Assembly (NCBI GenBank): GCA_040954595.2
Contig: CM082592.2
Coordinates: 8,853,677 to 8,917,676, forward strand
Direction: 5' to 3'
Source: Balanoglossus misakiensis
Taxonomy: Eukaryota; Animalia; Hemichordata
Length of the DNA: 64,000 nt
Below the pieces are notes generated by a model, which saw only the letters and a program-made list of their open reading frames with translations, was not told the DNA's origin and ran no database searches. Shown piece by piece: positions 38,000-53,000 of the stretch. Position 1 is the first letter of the stretch; every line of letters begins with the position of its first letter. The translations under genes were made by a program, and so were the position numbers.

Positions 38000-40900
38000 A
38001 TGAGCGACAGTCAGATTTCCGACTGTATCGATGAATGGAACAACTTGGAGAAGGAGTATAATATCTTGGATGTTAGTTCGCACTAATCACTTCTATGGGG
38101 GATGGGTTTGTGATTGTGAAGTCCTGGTCATCAAGGCCAGACTACATACATGACTTTGCGTGCGATCGCTAGATTTTATTTTTTCGCCAACCTATTACCT
38201 CTCTGCTCATGGGTGCATTTGGACTTGGAACTTGTATCTGTTATAGAGTTCAATGTTTTCTTTCCGTACATAAGTCGACAATCTATTTTTTACCTGCATT
38301 TCTGAAGGTTACGTAATTTGTTTTGGACTTTGAAGAGCAGCGATCGCACGATAGGTGATCAGCCCAGCCACAGCTGTCTGACACGTGTTAATATTGTGAA
38401 ATCGTATGTTCGTGTCAAAGGTCATAACACCGAAATATCACCGCCCGGGACCAGAGTTTACCGAAACAACATCTGTTTATTTCAGAAACCATTTCTGTAA
38501 AAAGTACACTTTTAAACGCTGGTAGTATGTCCCACCTTGATCAGGGATCAGGGTCTGGACAGTCACCAATGGGGGGGGGGGGGGGGGCTGAGTTATGGTC
38601 CCCTATTTCAGCCAATCCCCCCATGATTCTCTGATTATCAGATAAATAAAGATAATCATCTTAATTGAAATACTAATCACACTAGCATTTTCAAGTGGTC
38701 TTATTACATTTAAAGGATAATATTTTTTTCACAAAACCCCAAAGTTTGTAGGCCTTCATTCACGTACATCTTTCGAATATTGTAATTACTCATCAGATGT
38801 CACCATAAATGCTCGTGTTTAAGAACCATGTGTTTAATATAATCACCTATATTGTTTGTGTCCAACAGGCTGACTTTGAACGGTATAGAAAACACCTAGA
38901 TGAACTGTATGTTCTTCAAGAAAAATGCGTTAAAATGATTGCCCATCAGAGAAAAAGATACAAGTATCTTCTGGATACCTTCAAAGAGTATGTATTGCCA
39001 TGTTTTGACTTACTTTATACATTTGATTCACTTTATACATTTGGTAATTCAAAAAGTATGCACAGTTTTCTAAATGTAAGGAGACAACCGATATCTTTTG
39101 TGTATCATAGGAATGGCAGCAGTGTTGATGATGAAAGCAGGGATGCTGTGCATGAAATACAAACCAAAATGACCCAGCGGAAAAACAACTTTAAACAGAT
39201 GGAGGACAACCTCCCAAAAGATAGTGGGTAAGTTCTGCTGCCACGTGGTTGAAGTGAGGAACAGTGTGCCCTCTGAGCGCAGAGAAATTACTAGAAATCC
39301 TCCAATCCACAGGGACTATTTCATCTCACTTGCAATAGCCGGTGAAAATACCACTTTTTCTGGCTACAACAATGTAATTTGCAGTACATGTGACAAGTAA
39401 AGTTGTATATATGCAATAATAGTAATACAATAGTTCACTACTGAACATAGCAGTAGCCATGGCGTCAAGGTACGATTACATGTAGAGGAACCAACTCACA
39501 TCAAATGTACCATCATCATCAGTGTGCCAGGTTTGTCAAGTGAATCCGTTGTTTGAGTCTACAAGAGCTACATGTAACTCATCACATTTTGTATGACTGG
39601 TATGTATCATAATGTTCTATCCATTGTGAGTGGCATTTGGTGAATTGGACATTTTCCTCATTCAGTCAATCCTTCACTAAGAAAAAAAAAATACATGTAT
39701 TCATTATTTGTGTTGTCCTTGTTTCCTATTCTACAAAGAAGATCACCCTTGTTGCAATGAATATATTGTCAAATATATTAAAATCACTGTAACATTTCTC
39801 ACCAATCATGTCTTCACAAGTTATATACAGTCCCATGAAGTCATCAACTCGATGCACATATTTAAACATTTTGAAGTTGACTGAATGAAGCAATGATCTA
39901 TACACCCATGCCAATTAATGCTGTTGTCCTGTGGCACTGTAGTGCATTGTTTTTCTTTGACAGAAAACTCCTCACAGCCATCCTAGGTCCAATGAGTGTC
40001 TCACTGCTCAAAAAACAAGACAGGTCAGTTGATAAAGGCACACTTTTCTTTCTGTTTTGTTTGCCAGTTTTTTTTCATATTGTAAGCCCCTAACTAACTG
40101 AAGTTTACCAGGCTGTGGCAATGAACCGGTGGTTTCACATTCATTTTTCAGATTTAGGTATAAAGACGAGTATGAGAAGTTCAAGTTCATCTGCACTATC
40201 ATCATGTTTGTGTTCTCATTTACAAATCTTTTTATTCTTGAATTCAGGTAAGTGAAATTCTGTACTGATCAATCATTCTTTCAAACGATGATGAAGTCTT
40301 GGCAAGTCCAAGATGATTACCGAGATGTTAACAATATTATTGAAGATACTACGATTTTAATTCCTAGAAATAAAATAATTTTTATCCTCCATTTTCTTGC
40401 CAGATTTTCCGATGCGTTGTATCATTTTCTCCTGCTTTGGTATTATTGTACTGTTACTTTGAGAGAAACGATACTTCGACACAATGGCTCTCGGTAAGTG
40501 GCGTTGACAGTTCATTGTTTGTACTAGCTGTGATTCAAATTCTACTTCCTTTGCACGTCACCATTAACTTAGCATGTATTGTATCAATTTAGTTGACATT
40601 GGGCAATTCAGCATGAATTCAGTTTTAAAATAGCCACTTAAAAATACCTTACTTTTTGTTAATAACATAGCAATTTAGAGCACAATATCTCACCACAAAG
40701 GCTTGGGTGTAACTATGTTCACAGAAGAGTGTTCTGTCATATTGGGTTGTCTTGTTGGTCGTTCGTTTCACACCTTTGGGTCATTAGAGTGCATTATGCA
40801 TGAAGTGCTGCTCCAATATGCACAGGTGCTAGTGCTACCCCCCCCTATACTTTAACATCACGATTACCACGAGAAGTTGCATGAAGTAAAAGAAAAAGCA

Positions 40901-42649
40901 CGATCTAGAAAATGAGAATGTTACATCACCGTCCTATTTGGCATTATGAAAGAAATGATTGCACATATATTAATATTTTGCACACCTTCAAAGAATAAAA
41001 CAGGTCGATATCTTTTCCTTACTATTTTTGAAAAGCATGTTATAAGAACTACATTATGTTTTTTTATATCCTAGTAACCAATGTGTATTAAACAGGTATG
41101 TTTGCGATGTTGATAACTAAAAGCTAATTTCCACCAAGTTTAATTTTAATCTTTTTTTTTCTTCTCTTTTTCAAAATTATAAAACCTTTCTAGCTGCACA
41201 CCAGTGGAACCAGAAAGTCAGCAATGGCTTAAACGCCAGAATTTCAAACCCAGGTCATTAATCCATGACCATACAATACACTGTTTGCTGGCCTTTCTGA
41301 CATCCATAACATGACCAAAATTTCAGAGAAATCAGTCTTTTAGGAACACATAGCAGACATTCGAAGCATGGATTTTACCATAGCCGCAGTGTGCATATTT
41401 CCATGGATTAGCTGGCCTGTGTCTAGATAGGTCAGAATACCATAAAATTGAGAGATAGTTGGACTTCTTGGTCAAAGTCCTTGTTTGATCATTAAGTGTA
41501 TAGGGGAATTTGATGCTTTGGGATAGTGGATCAGGAAGGTTTGTTTTATTGCAGTGTCTTCATGGCGTCGTTATATTGTTCTTTATCAACAGGATTAAAG
41601 GCTGGTGGGTTTTGCATCACTATGTTTCCTGCGTCTTGTCGGGCATTCTCCTCATCTGGCCTGATGGTCACATCTATCAGTTGTTTAGAAATCAGTTTGT
41701 TACCTTCTCACTATACTTGAGTAAGTACACAGTACTTATATCTGATTCTAGATCATCAACTTTTATTTATGATCATGTTGTATCAACCTTTGAAAGTGTT
41801 GTGAGAAATGCAATTGAACTTTCTGCATTGAATATGACAGGTTTTGTTCAAGTACTCCAATACTATTACCAACGAGGATGTTTGTACAGACTGAGAGCAT
41901 TGGGTGAGAGAAGCAACATGGACATTACAGTGGGTAAGTGTACATCTATAGGTACACAGCTGTGTCAATGATTTTGGGAGTTTGAATATACCAGGCATTG
42001 GGTGGGATGTCTGGCTAGTATATGTCAGGAAGGCAACTGACTGTACCGACAGCCATGCCAATGACCTTTTAGCCTCACACTAGAGCACTACCAAAACTTG
42101 TTTGTTCTGATTCTTCTTCAGAGGGATTCCAGACATGGATGTGGAGAGGGCTAACGTTCCTGTTGCCTTTCTTGTTCTTCGGACATGTAAGTATTGCGGC
42201 AGCCAAATCACTGAACGATTTCTACTGTGGTCAGCAAATATTTCTAACTGATTATTCCGGGAAAGTTACTTTCAGAATACGGTTGATGGTCACTGTATTT
42301 TGTTTTGTGTCCACAGTTTTTTCAGCTGTACAACGCCTATACGCTGTACAGACTGTCCTTCCATGAAGACTGTGCAGAGTGGCAGGTAAGTTTAATAATG
42401 CAATTATCTCTCCTGATAGATCAGTGTGTACATAACGGTATACAGTCACCTGGTTAGTCTGGCAACAAACACCAGACCCAGCAGTGTGTCAGTGAAATAA
42501 AACTTGAACTCTTTTTCTACCCTCTTTAGGTTCCGGCCTCAGCCATGATTTTCCTGGTGCTGTTCATGGGCAACTTTACAACAACAGTGCTGGTGATCCT
42601 ACAGAAGCTACGGAATCTGTCTCCGAAATCAAAAGATAAAGCACAGTAA
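38000..42649 (+). CDS. TMEM120: TMEM120 (TACAN/TMPIT family) membrane protein, about 11 coding exons
   Basis: [20 protein letters not shown]...; [26 protein letters not shown]; [35 protein letters not shown]; [48 protein letters not shown]. Stop TAA at 42647-42649. Confidence 0.95.
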
Positions 42650-43666
42650 ATTCCGAGAGAAAATGCAGCCGGAAAGCACCACATGGAACAGCTTAAGACT
42701 TTGTTGTACATGTACTGGTATAATTTATAACGCTAGGCTAGCAAAAGATTTACACTGGGCTGTCAAATTACTAGAACTATAGGTATTGATTTTTAGACCC
42801 ACACTGCACTATTGACTTGAGGTATTCAGATTGTACAAAAGTTACACTGCATATGAATATTTTCCTTTCATTTGTATGGTTAACTTCTAGAACAATGTTC
42901 CCGCCTTACATAAGACGAAACATACCAATGTAATTACAGCTACATATATTTCTTGACAGGGTGGTAATTTGGAGGACAAAATTTATGTAGGGTTAATAGT
43001 TGATCAGTTATGTTTGTACTTTATGATACATGTATTTGCACAGTAGAGTTTGAACTTTTTCTGGTTCATTTCTGTACTGCGCTACTGCCACTGTAAACTA
43101 ATTTCACACACCGGCCATTTTTTGAGACATTACTGGTACAGTTTCTGTTAAAAGTTTGCTTTTAAGATATTTCGACGATTTTACTTTTTTTTTTCTGTTT
43201 GGAGTATGATTTGTAACCATTAACTGTTATTGGCAACGCTGATAGGCAATAAAATTATGATTCTGGTTAATGGTTTTTGTGTTGGCATTCCTGTTTTGAA
43301 AAAAAAAATATGTTAAACCTGGTGTTCAGATTCCTGAGATCAGCATTTGCACTCGCAAACCTCTGCGAAACAAGTTGGACTTATTTGAAGCTAAACAATA
43401 TGTTATGTCAACAAACCCTACCACAAACTGTGGCTAAGTCATCCTCACACAAACTGGCACATGCAATTCTATATGACCTGCACGAACAACTTCCAAGTTG
43501 GAAATAGAAATAAAAATATTTTAATAAAATATGGCTCTGATAAAATAATACTTTACGAAAAATGAACAAGAAATCTCTGGAATGGAGTATGAAATTAAAT
43601 CTAAAATGTGCGTACTGATAATCTCATTTGTCATGATTATTACTTCTTGATTGCTTGCAATGGTTT

Positions 43667-46600
43667 TTATTTCGCTGGAGACAGAAATGTCCACAGACAC
43701 ACAAATCCAGTAACTGCCACACCACTCCTGTAAGGCAAACAGGGCAGGTGTTTGTGATTTGTGGTGAAATTACAGATGTCGCTTTTTCACGATGACCAGA
43801 ACTTGAAAAGCAATAGAGGACACAATAAACATACGGTACATGTAAAATACACACTTACCATAGAAGAAGCCTGACTACTGGGGAATGCTGAAACATGTTG
43901 TACTTGACAACACTCAAGGATTTGTGTCTGTGAAATGCCTTTAGAATATCTTTGGCACTGGAAGAGTAGACAGGAAAGGTTTAAAATTGGTCCAAAATGA
44001 CATGATGATGTTGTAAAAATTGGTACAAAGGTTTTGTTCAAAGTGGAAACATAGCCATCGTCCTAACATAAAAAATACACAAAGTTCAAGTTCCTCACTA
44101 ATGATCAAGCATAATTACCAAATTCAGTAAGAGATTGGCAACAACAGGCATATACACAAATATCACATAGTTGACTCACCCCTTGTGATTGGCAACAGCC
44201 AGTAATGCACATTTCCCATTGAGTATTCTCACGTCAACAGAACCGTATGCACCAAATATGGTTGCCAGCTGCAACAGAAAAAACATGGGGCTCATGCAGA
44301 CTTTGAAATGAGAAGAAAAATAAATGGTCAAATTTACCCCATCTACCGGTGTGATTTAATTACCTGCATACTATTTGCCTTGATACTTGAGTCTTTAATT
44401 CTGATATGAAGCCAGTCTGGTCTTATGGACACTGCATCTTCTCCATCGAAATTCTGTCGGGCAAAAATATCAGACGTAGATGAGATATGACACACATTTA
44501 TGATCAATAATTGGGAATATGCCTGGGTATCTTAACATAGTGCTTTAACCTAGAGAAAGTTGCCAATAAACTGACACATTGATGACGGTACACTGATATC
44601 AGGGTAGGATTCTGGATTCTAAAGTAATCAGGAAACTTACAACATAACGAATGGCCGCTCTTGCAATGTTTACATAGTTGGAATGGTTCCTGAGAACATG
44701 CAAATAGCTTGCAAACTTCTGTGGTTGGCAGTACTTGGACCTGGATGCATCAGACAAGGGCAAATGATTATTGCATGAGAGGGTATATTTGTAGGTGTAG
44801 GTGTATGTGGATGTTATGTGTTTAAAGTAATGATATACATATGGCCATTGCCACTCAGAGCTGTAGATGTGGGCAAGCTTTACAACTAAATACTGTTTTG
44901 ATAATGTTCTGAACGACTAATGATAAACTCACCCCATGTCATTCACTGCCAGTAGATGTGCCATCCTGAGAAAAACTGTTTATAAAAATTTAACGCAATA
45001 TGAAAAATACATTTTCTGATCACAATAAAGAAACAGTTCAAACGCAATAAAAATTCCACAATTTGACAACAGTTTGACAACTTTTCTTACCATAGCCTGT
45101 TGTAAATGAATCATAACCAGCTTCATGTGGGTGTCCACACTGCTCTGACAGACAGACAAAAAAAAATTGTTGTTCAGGTCTATGATGTATGTTAAACAAC
45201 ATATAATGTCAGAGAGAAATGATCTATAGTAACACTTACTGTACTTATCAAAGGAGTCCGCAAAGTCAATGTCAGGTGAATGTAGTACAACAAAGCGCCC
45301 TCTGTGGCTGAAGTAAAAGAAAAAAGTTTTGTTCACATGTGGAACTGGTATTATTAAAAACATGCATCAGGTTCACTCTACACAGACTCTTATCAGGGCA
45401 AACCTTAGAAGTTCACTCTTAACCAGGACCGACCTTGCCCTCGTTTACACTGTCCACTTTCTGTAACACACACACAGTAGATGGGTGTGATCTCTTACCT
45501 TTCAAGGGCTGCATACAGATATTCAAGATTACTGGACTGAAGCAAACCATAATCCGGTAGAATCTGTACAAGAATACAATGCAGATTGAAGCAAATGGTT
45601 CAAATTACTAATTAGAAAATAAAACAAATACAATAATGTCACCTTACCTTCCTAAGTTCTCCAGCCAAATATTTTGTGTCAAATAACACTGGAAATCGAG
45701 TGTGTATCTCTTCCTTGAATTCCATATATGTTGCTGTAAAATAAAGCTTATGAAATTTAAAAGCATATACTGTGTTGGTATGAGGAAATAGCATGTACAT
45801 GTACTGCAACATTCTGTCTTTCATAAACAATGAATCCCATATGCATGTAGTTCCCTTACCTGGCAGTGGTTGGTGGAGTTTTTCAAATATGAAAAACAAA
45901 TCCAGCAGCATGTTATGGCCAACAACAGGCTGAAGAAAAGACACACAAAGACATAAAAATCATGTCAAATTATAGTGGAATTTTGGGGAGACTATCATGA
46001 TAATTTAATTCATTGTTAATTTGGCAGAACTTGTAGAGGTCTCCATGTAGAAAAAAGGTTCTGTTTGACACAAGTTTTTTTCAAGTGTCAAAATTCCAAC
46101 TATTGTGGAAATAACATTTCAATTAATGATGTAACCAGGGGAAACACTCAATTTCACATAAAGAATTTTGGCCAGGCTAATTTGAATGCATGCAGTGAAG
46201 TGGTCCATCATGTAAAGATTTTAAAATCTATACACTTCAGTGGTTATTACCCCAACGCTTTATTAGGGTTACATGTCATATGATGGATAGATTTTTTCAC
46301 TTCAAACTGAGAGTTCCCCAGGTTGCATTTGTTGGCGGAATACATAGACAATGATGTATCTGCAGAGAATCAAGGGTCATCCATTTGAAACGATGCCAAT
46401 AACTTTTTGAAATTTTTAGTCACTGCACTGTATTACGGCTACACTTTGATACAAACCTACTTGAGCATTCATAGTTTACAGTGCTATAAGTTTGTTTGTC
46501 AGTCTAAGATGATGTATGGACTGGCACAATACATTGAGAAGACAGGGTATGGACAATGAAGCATAAAAGTTAATAAAGAAATCTGAAAAGAGCGACTCAC

Positions 46601-49600
46601 GTAAGGAAAACAAACAATTTTGGGGAACTTAGCAACAAACCCAGAATGCTTTTTCTTCACTGATGCGATCAACAATAAGAGAATACTTTTTCTTCATTGA
46701 TGCGGTAAAGTGTAACCAAATGCCACGTAAAAACGCAATGAAAGGACGGCGTAACCTACCTTTTTGGCTTGGACAATGGCCTGGAAGACCTTTGAGAAAC
46801 CAATCATCTTCTCAAGCAATCTGTAAACAAGATACATCATCAGGGGTTCAGCCTAGATCACTGCGCACATGCATATGCAATTGTTATGAAATCTAAAGGA
46901 AATCTTAAAGAACAATCAAACAAGACAAAACTGAGACCGTCCAACACCCACCCTCCCCGAGCTTGCTATTTGCTCATATCAACATTATATTTGTACTTCC
47001 TTTTGAATGGGGCTTTGTTTAACATTCACTTCAAAATAGGTTGGTAGATTGAGCTGAAGTGCCTTGTTTTGGTAGTTAAAGTAAAGTGTATTGAGTTCTG
47101 GAGAGGCATTCAAGTTTTTGTCATTCGCAATGTGAAGTGGTAGCCCCCGAAATGTTGAGGTGCTCAAGACAGAGTGGAATGCTGATATCTTGAAGTACTA
47201 CACTGATAAGGGATGCTTCAGGCAAGTTGGAGTGGTCCTCAAAGTCATCAAAAGCTGAGGAACGTGTAGATTCTGTGTTGTTAACTTGAGGATGAATAGC
47301 TTCAGAGCGGGTCAAAGGCCAATGAAAGTCCTCGATTTATCAAAAATACCAGAGTGAGCCGTTCTGACACCCAGAACCAAACACAAAGCTGTCTGAATAC
47401 GCATACCGGTACAAGGTTCCAGCTTCATTGCAATGTACAGATCAGAACCATCATTTCACCAGTACTCACCTCTCTTCCAGACTTCTTGATGATTCTTCCA
47501 ACTCACGTCTGCTTTTATCAGATACTTTCTTGACCACTATCTAGAAATTTCAAACAGGGAGGGGGTGGCTCAATACATTTTAGGTGGAGCAGGGGGTGTG
47601 CACACCTCTCTGACTGAAACATTACATGTACCTGCACTTCTAAACCAAAACTCTTATGATAGACTAAGAGGTACACTGCAGCTGCAAAATATACTTACCT
47701 CTCCATACTCATTTGTCTTGGTCCAGATTTCCGGGAACTTGCGTCTCAAAACAGCTCCAAGTTTCAATGCTATGAAACCAACATCTAAAACAACATAAAA
47801 TGATAATTTATATCATTTTTTAAAATTAAAACAAAGAGTTTCTGCATTATCTCTTACCATTTGTTTTCAGTAACAATATCATTAAAAGATGAGCATCAAA
47901 GAAATATCTACCTGGTGGCTTTTCTAACACCAGTTCTTCCTTTTCTGTTGCTGTTGACATCCATTCTGCTACAGACGACGTATACTTGTTGAGCAAATGT
48001 TCATCAAAATTTTCTCTGACCGGGAATTTAAGCAAAACATGGAGGACATGTCAGATTTAGTTTGAGAGGCCAGTTTCTATTTCTGAAGTCCAGGTTGAAT
48101 TAATCACTTCTCTATAGAACATAATACCTGAACATCATGATAAATGTTTTTCTTCTAAAAGATGCAATTTCTATGATTGAAAATTGCACCATTCATATGT
48201 TTCAGAGAGCTTACAATTCTTTTCAGATTTAAATGATCATCTCTTTTCGTGTGGACATATATGTATGATGGGTGTACCTGGGTAAAGACACTGGTCGTAG
48301 CTTCAACTTTTGCCTCAATGCTCTCTCCTGTTCCACATTGAGATATGGTACTCCTTCATAGATGAACTGTGAAATAAGACAGAACATCGAGAACTATAAT
48401 GTGAACATTTTTTATGAGATTGACAGGTAACCAAATTTTCTGTAGACTTCATTTAGACAAGCAACATCTAGTTATGCTACACAACTGCAAAACAGGTGTC
48501 ACCATGTTTTAAAACTCACCTTGTTAAAATCTACACCATGTTTACAGAGGAACTCCAAACTGGATGCCTGCCAACAAAAAATCACAATAGTTCCTAATGA
48601 ATGTCAGACATATCTCCTGGGTATACTTCCGGTGGATACTACCGGAGGCAATCCTCCGTAGCAACACTGGAATTCTATGCATTTGATTTGTACATAAAAT
48701 GTTCTATTAGGAGCTTAAAACTTCATAGTGCCAACAAGAGAATAATGTAATTCCCTTGATGGCAATGAAAACAACGGCATTCAATGTTGCTCGTAAATGG
48801 ACCTTGGTCTCCAAACTTTTGACAAATTCTCAAACTTTCAAGCAATTCGATCCACTCATTGCAGAAGTACACATCTGTGCATCTTTATGAGAAAGAAACA
48901 CAAAAACACTTACTTGGCACAAGAAATTCACATCCACTGTGGAACAGGAAAGAGGAAAAAGATAGAAGTTGAAAGTGTAGGATTCATACCTGTAAAAGAT
49001 AGAGAAACAAAATCACTATTCAGGCCATGAAAGGCGGCCATATATAATGTACGAAAACTGGTTCATGGACCTCACACCAGTATATGGGACTACAAAACTA
49101 AGATAAAAAGAATAAAGCAAATGCATGTCACTGTGGTGGCTTCCTGTCCCGCGATGCGAAATCTCACGTCAGCAACGTGCACTACTCAAAAGGCAATTGT
49201 AGCCTATCTTTGTGAAGAATCAATGGATAGTGTAATAGTAAGGAGCCTGCGTCATCTGCACAGTGGGCTATGTCTTTAAAAACATGGCTCTTTTCATAAT
49301 ACATGATATTTCGTCTAGGCGTGGTGATTGCGTTTTCATCTTTTATGTCTGCTCACAATGAAGATTTTCGACCATTTGCAGTTTTCGATGGCTGGGTACA
49401 ATTACATAAAAGAATGAAACTATAGTTATTGCCAACATAGTTGACGTCTGTCTTGGGTCTTCCTTGGTTATCAATAGGGTATTCAATAAAGTCCTTGCCC
49501 CTGTACTGTTTTCCGTTCTCACAAACCAACAGACAGATTTTATTGTGGTTTATACACCTGTAATGATCTGTACGACATCCTGTCCTAACATCCCACACAA

Positions 49601-50035
49601 TATGGGTATACGACCTATGAATAATGCAGCCAAGACAAATTATCCAGGGGCTCCAGCTACCAGTCTCCATCAAAAGCATTTTACACTGCCATACTACACT
49701 CCAATATTTTTTACACCGAGCCCAATACAAAATTGCTGACAAAAATAAGGACAGGTATACCTCGGTGAACGGCAATGACCTGGAGTTTCCTTATGAAACC
49801 TTGAGAGCTACAGGTAGGGGAAAATCTCAAACACAGACAATAGATTGAATGGGGCTGTATTCTTCATTCAACTGACAACTGTTGTGGTGATCCCAACCGA
49901 GCCACCATGCTGAGTTTGTAGCATAGATTGCTGTTTCACTGTCAAAACACCACGCTGAATGGTACGTACACACCATCAAACCATAGGGAACTCAGTAATT
50001 TTGTTATTGTTATTGTTGTTGTTATTATTATTATT

Positions 50036-50080
<45 letters not shown>

Positions 50081-53000
50081 AAGATTGGTAATAAAATTTT
50101 AAAAAAAATCAATGTGTCATTTCTTGCTATGTTTGTCGATGTTGTAGATAACTGTAAAAAAAAAACCCAACCATAATCGTGGAAAACACGACCTAGGTCG
50201 CCGAATGTCACTACCGGATGTAAGACGGTAGTGACATTCGGCGACCTAGGTCGTGTTTTCCACGATTATGGTTGGTTTTTTTTTTTACAGTTATCTACAA
50301 CATCGACAAACATAGCAAGAAATGAACATTGATTTTTTTTTTAAATTTTATTACCAATCTTAACAACAACAACAACAACAACAACAATAACAACAACAAC
50401 AACAATAACAATAACAATAACAAAATTACTCAGTTCCCTATGATCAAACCATCACCTGCGGGATGGGTGAATGATCGACCTGACGCTGTGTAATCGATAC
50501 ATATATGTTTCAATTACCTTGAGTTTTTAGGTTATTGGCACACCCATCTTTGATGTGTAACAGTCTGTATAAAGATGGCAATATTAAGAAACAAGCCATT
50601 GCCAAACTCTTTTCGTGATCACATAAGACCTAACATCAGCTACCATGAATGTTACGATCAGTGTCTACAGTACTCAATTTTCTATAAGTAACTTCCATTT
50701 TCTCTGTCCTTGGATTGACCAGGCCACCATACTCATAACCGCAAGGACAAACTATTAATTTTGTTTAATGCTTTGCCTCCAGATGACACCTTTTCTACAT
50801 TGTATAATGCGGCTGCTCTTTTCAAGGTTTATTTCGCAAAGAAATTGACAATGCAGCTTTTAATACTTATTTCGATCCACTGTCAAGGGATTCTAGATTA
50901 CACTGAACTCTTTTGCAGCAATGCCACATTTGTTTGTGACAAAAAATGTAACCGCATGGAAACTGTATGGACCATGAAAAGTGATCTGCCCACTTCGTCT
51001 AAAGTAGACTGCGTATCCTTTCACTGGTCACGATGCACTGTGAGAGAATTTCACAGTAAACAAACTGCGGAGTCAAAAGGCCAGACTTTTGCCTGCCCTT
51101 GTTGTCGATGCACGTACGGCAAACAATGTCAAACGGTCACCTTTTTACACGTATGCTTGCAGAGAAACTCAAAACCCACGCAGGGTTTGTGATCAAGGAG
51201 TGAAACTTGAGATGCAGCTTAATCTTGTCAAGAAACAAGTCATATCAAAGAACCAGTAGCTGTTCTAAGACCAGATGTACACAAAAAAGATACTATAGAC
51301 GTTGTAATCCTGGTCCCTGTTAACTCGTGTATATTCTGTTGTGTTTGACGTGGTTTGCATTTACTCTTCAATATCAGATTTTATACAAGACTTTGTAACC
51401 AGTTTTCTTGCTTGTATGAAAGTTTGGCTAGAGCTACTCTTAATGAGATTCATGACCTCTAAATGTAAGCACTGTCACAGAATTCAGGTTAGGGGGCTCA
51501 TCAATGTAAGTCGAAACAGACAGACAAAGCATTTAGACAGTGTACTGCAGGGCAGACAATTCTCACTGTATACTAGAATATACTGCTCGTCGTGTACAGG
51601 TAATGCTTTGTGAGAAGACACGCCTCTTTCAGTCAACGCAATTGAGCACTTTAGATTTCCTTGCGAACATACAGCTATAAAGACAAGCCAAACACAGCAC
51701 AACCCTTCTTTTTCAATTTATATGTATGTGCTACTGAATGTTCTTTGCATGCGACGTCAGATGATTCCACTTCGAACGGAGTCAAACTCACGAAGTAACG
51801 TACCCCGCACACGCCTTCCCAAACACGTACACGTAAACCAATCACATACGTAGACCAAGTGCATTGTTGCAAATGTTGACACACGGCTTGTTGACAACAG
51901 TAATGCTTAACCATGGTTGAGGGGCGTTGAATAGCTGTCAAATTTGTCTTTCCTGGCTTATTAATCACCCTTGCTTCAATACAGTGCAGGCACCGTCGAG
52001 GCTTCCCACCCCTAAGAACATTAAATGGTAGGATCCACTTTATAAGAGATGTGAGTGGGCTGTGACTGGGGGCATTCGGACACTGTTTCACCGACTTGAC
52101 AAGAGCTGTCTCCTGCTGCTGAGAGATTTTTATTTTATGTTCGCTTAGAACTTAATTTTGGAGACTGTCAAGATGGGGATTTGCTTCGACGAAGTGGACC
52201 CCTCTTTTCCGATCATCTTGGACGCCATACGGGAGCTGAGATGCGACGACCGACTCGATGTTGTGGCTGTACGCAGAGCTGCTAATGATTACATCTGCGG
52301 TGATGATCCAGCGCTGTACACAGAGTATGAAGACCAGGCAGACTTCATCGCCACCATGCCTAACGTGCTGAGGATGTTCATGCTGAAAGTGACAGGCATG
52401 GACTCGTATCACAACCCGGATTTCGGAACGCACGCAAAGTACAGAAATCTCAGCTCGGACGTGAACTTCAACATCACCGGGTACGGTCCAACGATAATGA
52501 TGGCCAGCAGCGGCTACGAGGCCAGGGAGTACACCACCAACTTCGAGAGGCTCTACCCGCAGCACTACATCGAGAGGAAGCTGGAGGACCTGGCGGTGGA
52601 CGGCACCATGTTCCTGCCGAGAATGATGTACATCGTGGAGGGCAGCGCCCCGGATCTGACCTTCTACGAGATCACCACCACGCTGAGCGTCACCCGCAGC
52701 AACCCGGAGGTGAGGAAGCTCAAGTTCATGTGCAAAGGCAGCGTGTTGTGCACGGAGGCACGCATCCACGACGCGGAGAAAGCGTCCAAGGACGGCTTCC
52801 CGCAGTTCAAGTCGCTCATCAATCTGCTGGACCGATGCAAGGAGATCCGCTACGAGAAGAAAGGCTGCTGCTCGGAGGAGACCGCCTGGATGTCTCGCCA
52901 CGGCAGCATCACCTCCGACCTGGCCTTCCAGAGCCTGGCCAATTTGAAACTGGCCGACAAGAAGCCGAACAATATCCCGTTTGTCAGCATATGGGCTTCC

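Noticed and set aside
38540-38605. G17 run with AGGGATCA / TGGTCCCCT flanks (G-quadruplex or degenerate Harbinger MITE)
   Set aside because: Homopolymer length is unreliable and the TIRs are too degraded to call.
46985-47315. Two short minus-strand ORFs in a PNLDC1 intron
   Set aside because: The flanking exons already join in frame (SLEER/LLEKMIGF). The ORFs are in different frames and have no recognisable homology or good splice sites.
48626-48669. Short CCGG hairpin followed by GCAACACTG (hAT-like terminus)
   Set aside because: No matching opposite end or target duplication was found.
48914-48989. Apparent frameshift or stop in PNLDC1 exon 4
   Set aside because: Recounting the bases gives an open frame YESYTFNFYLFPLSCSTVDVNFLCQ. 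The gene is intact.
49353-49848. 140-aa and 91-aa ORFs and a pyrimidine-rich acceptor near 49736 in PNLDC1 intron 3
   Set aside because: No codon bias or recognisable motif. Splicing from exon 3 would hit a stop within a few codons, and nothing else supports it.
49928-50211. Poly-Val/Ile and poly-Thr ORFs
   Set aside because: Translations of the (GTT)n/(ATT)n microsatellite inside the foldback element.
52041-52046. ATAAG as a baculovirus-type late promoter, implying viral origin of the nested gene
   Set aside because: A 5-mer that is also a plain TATA variant carries no evidential weight.
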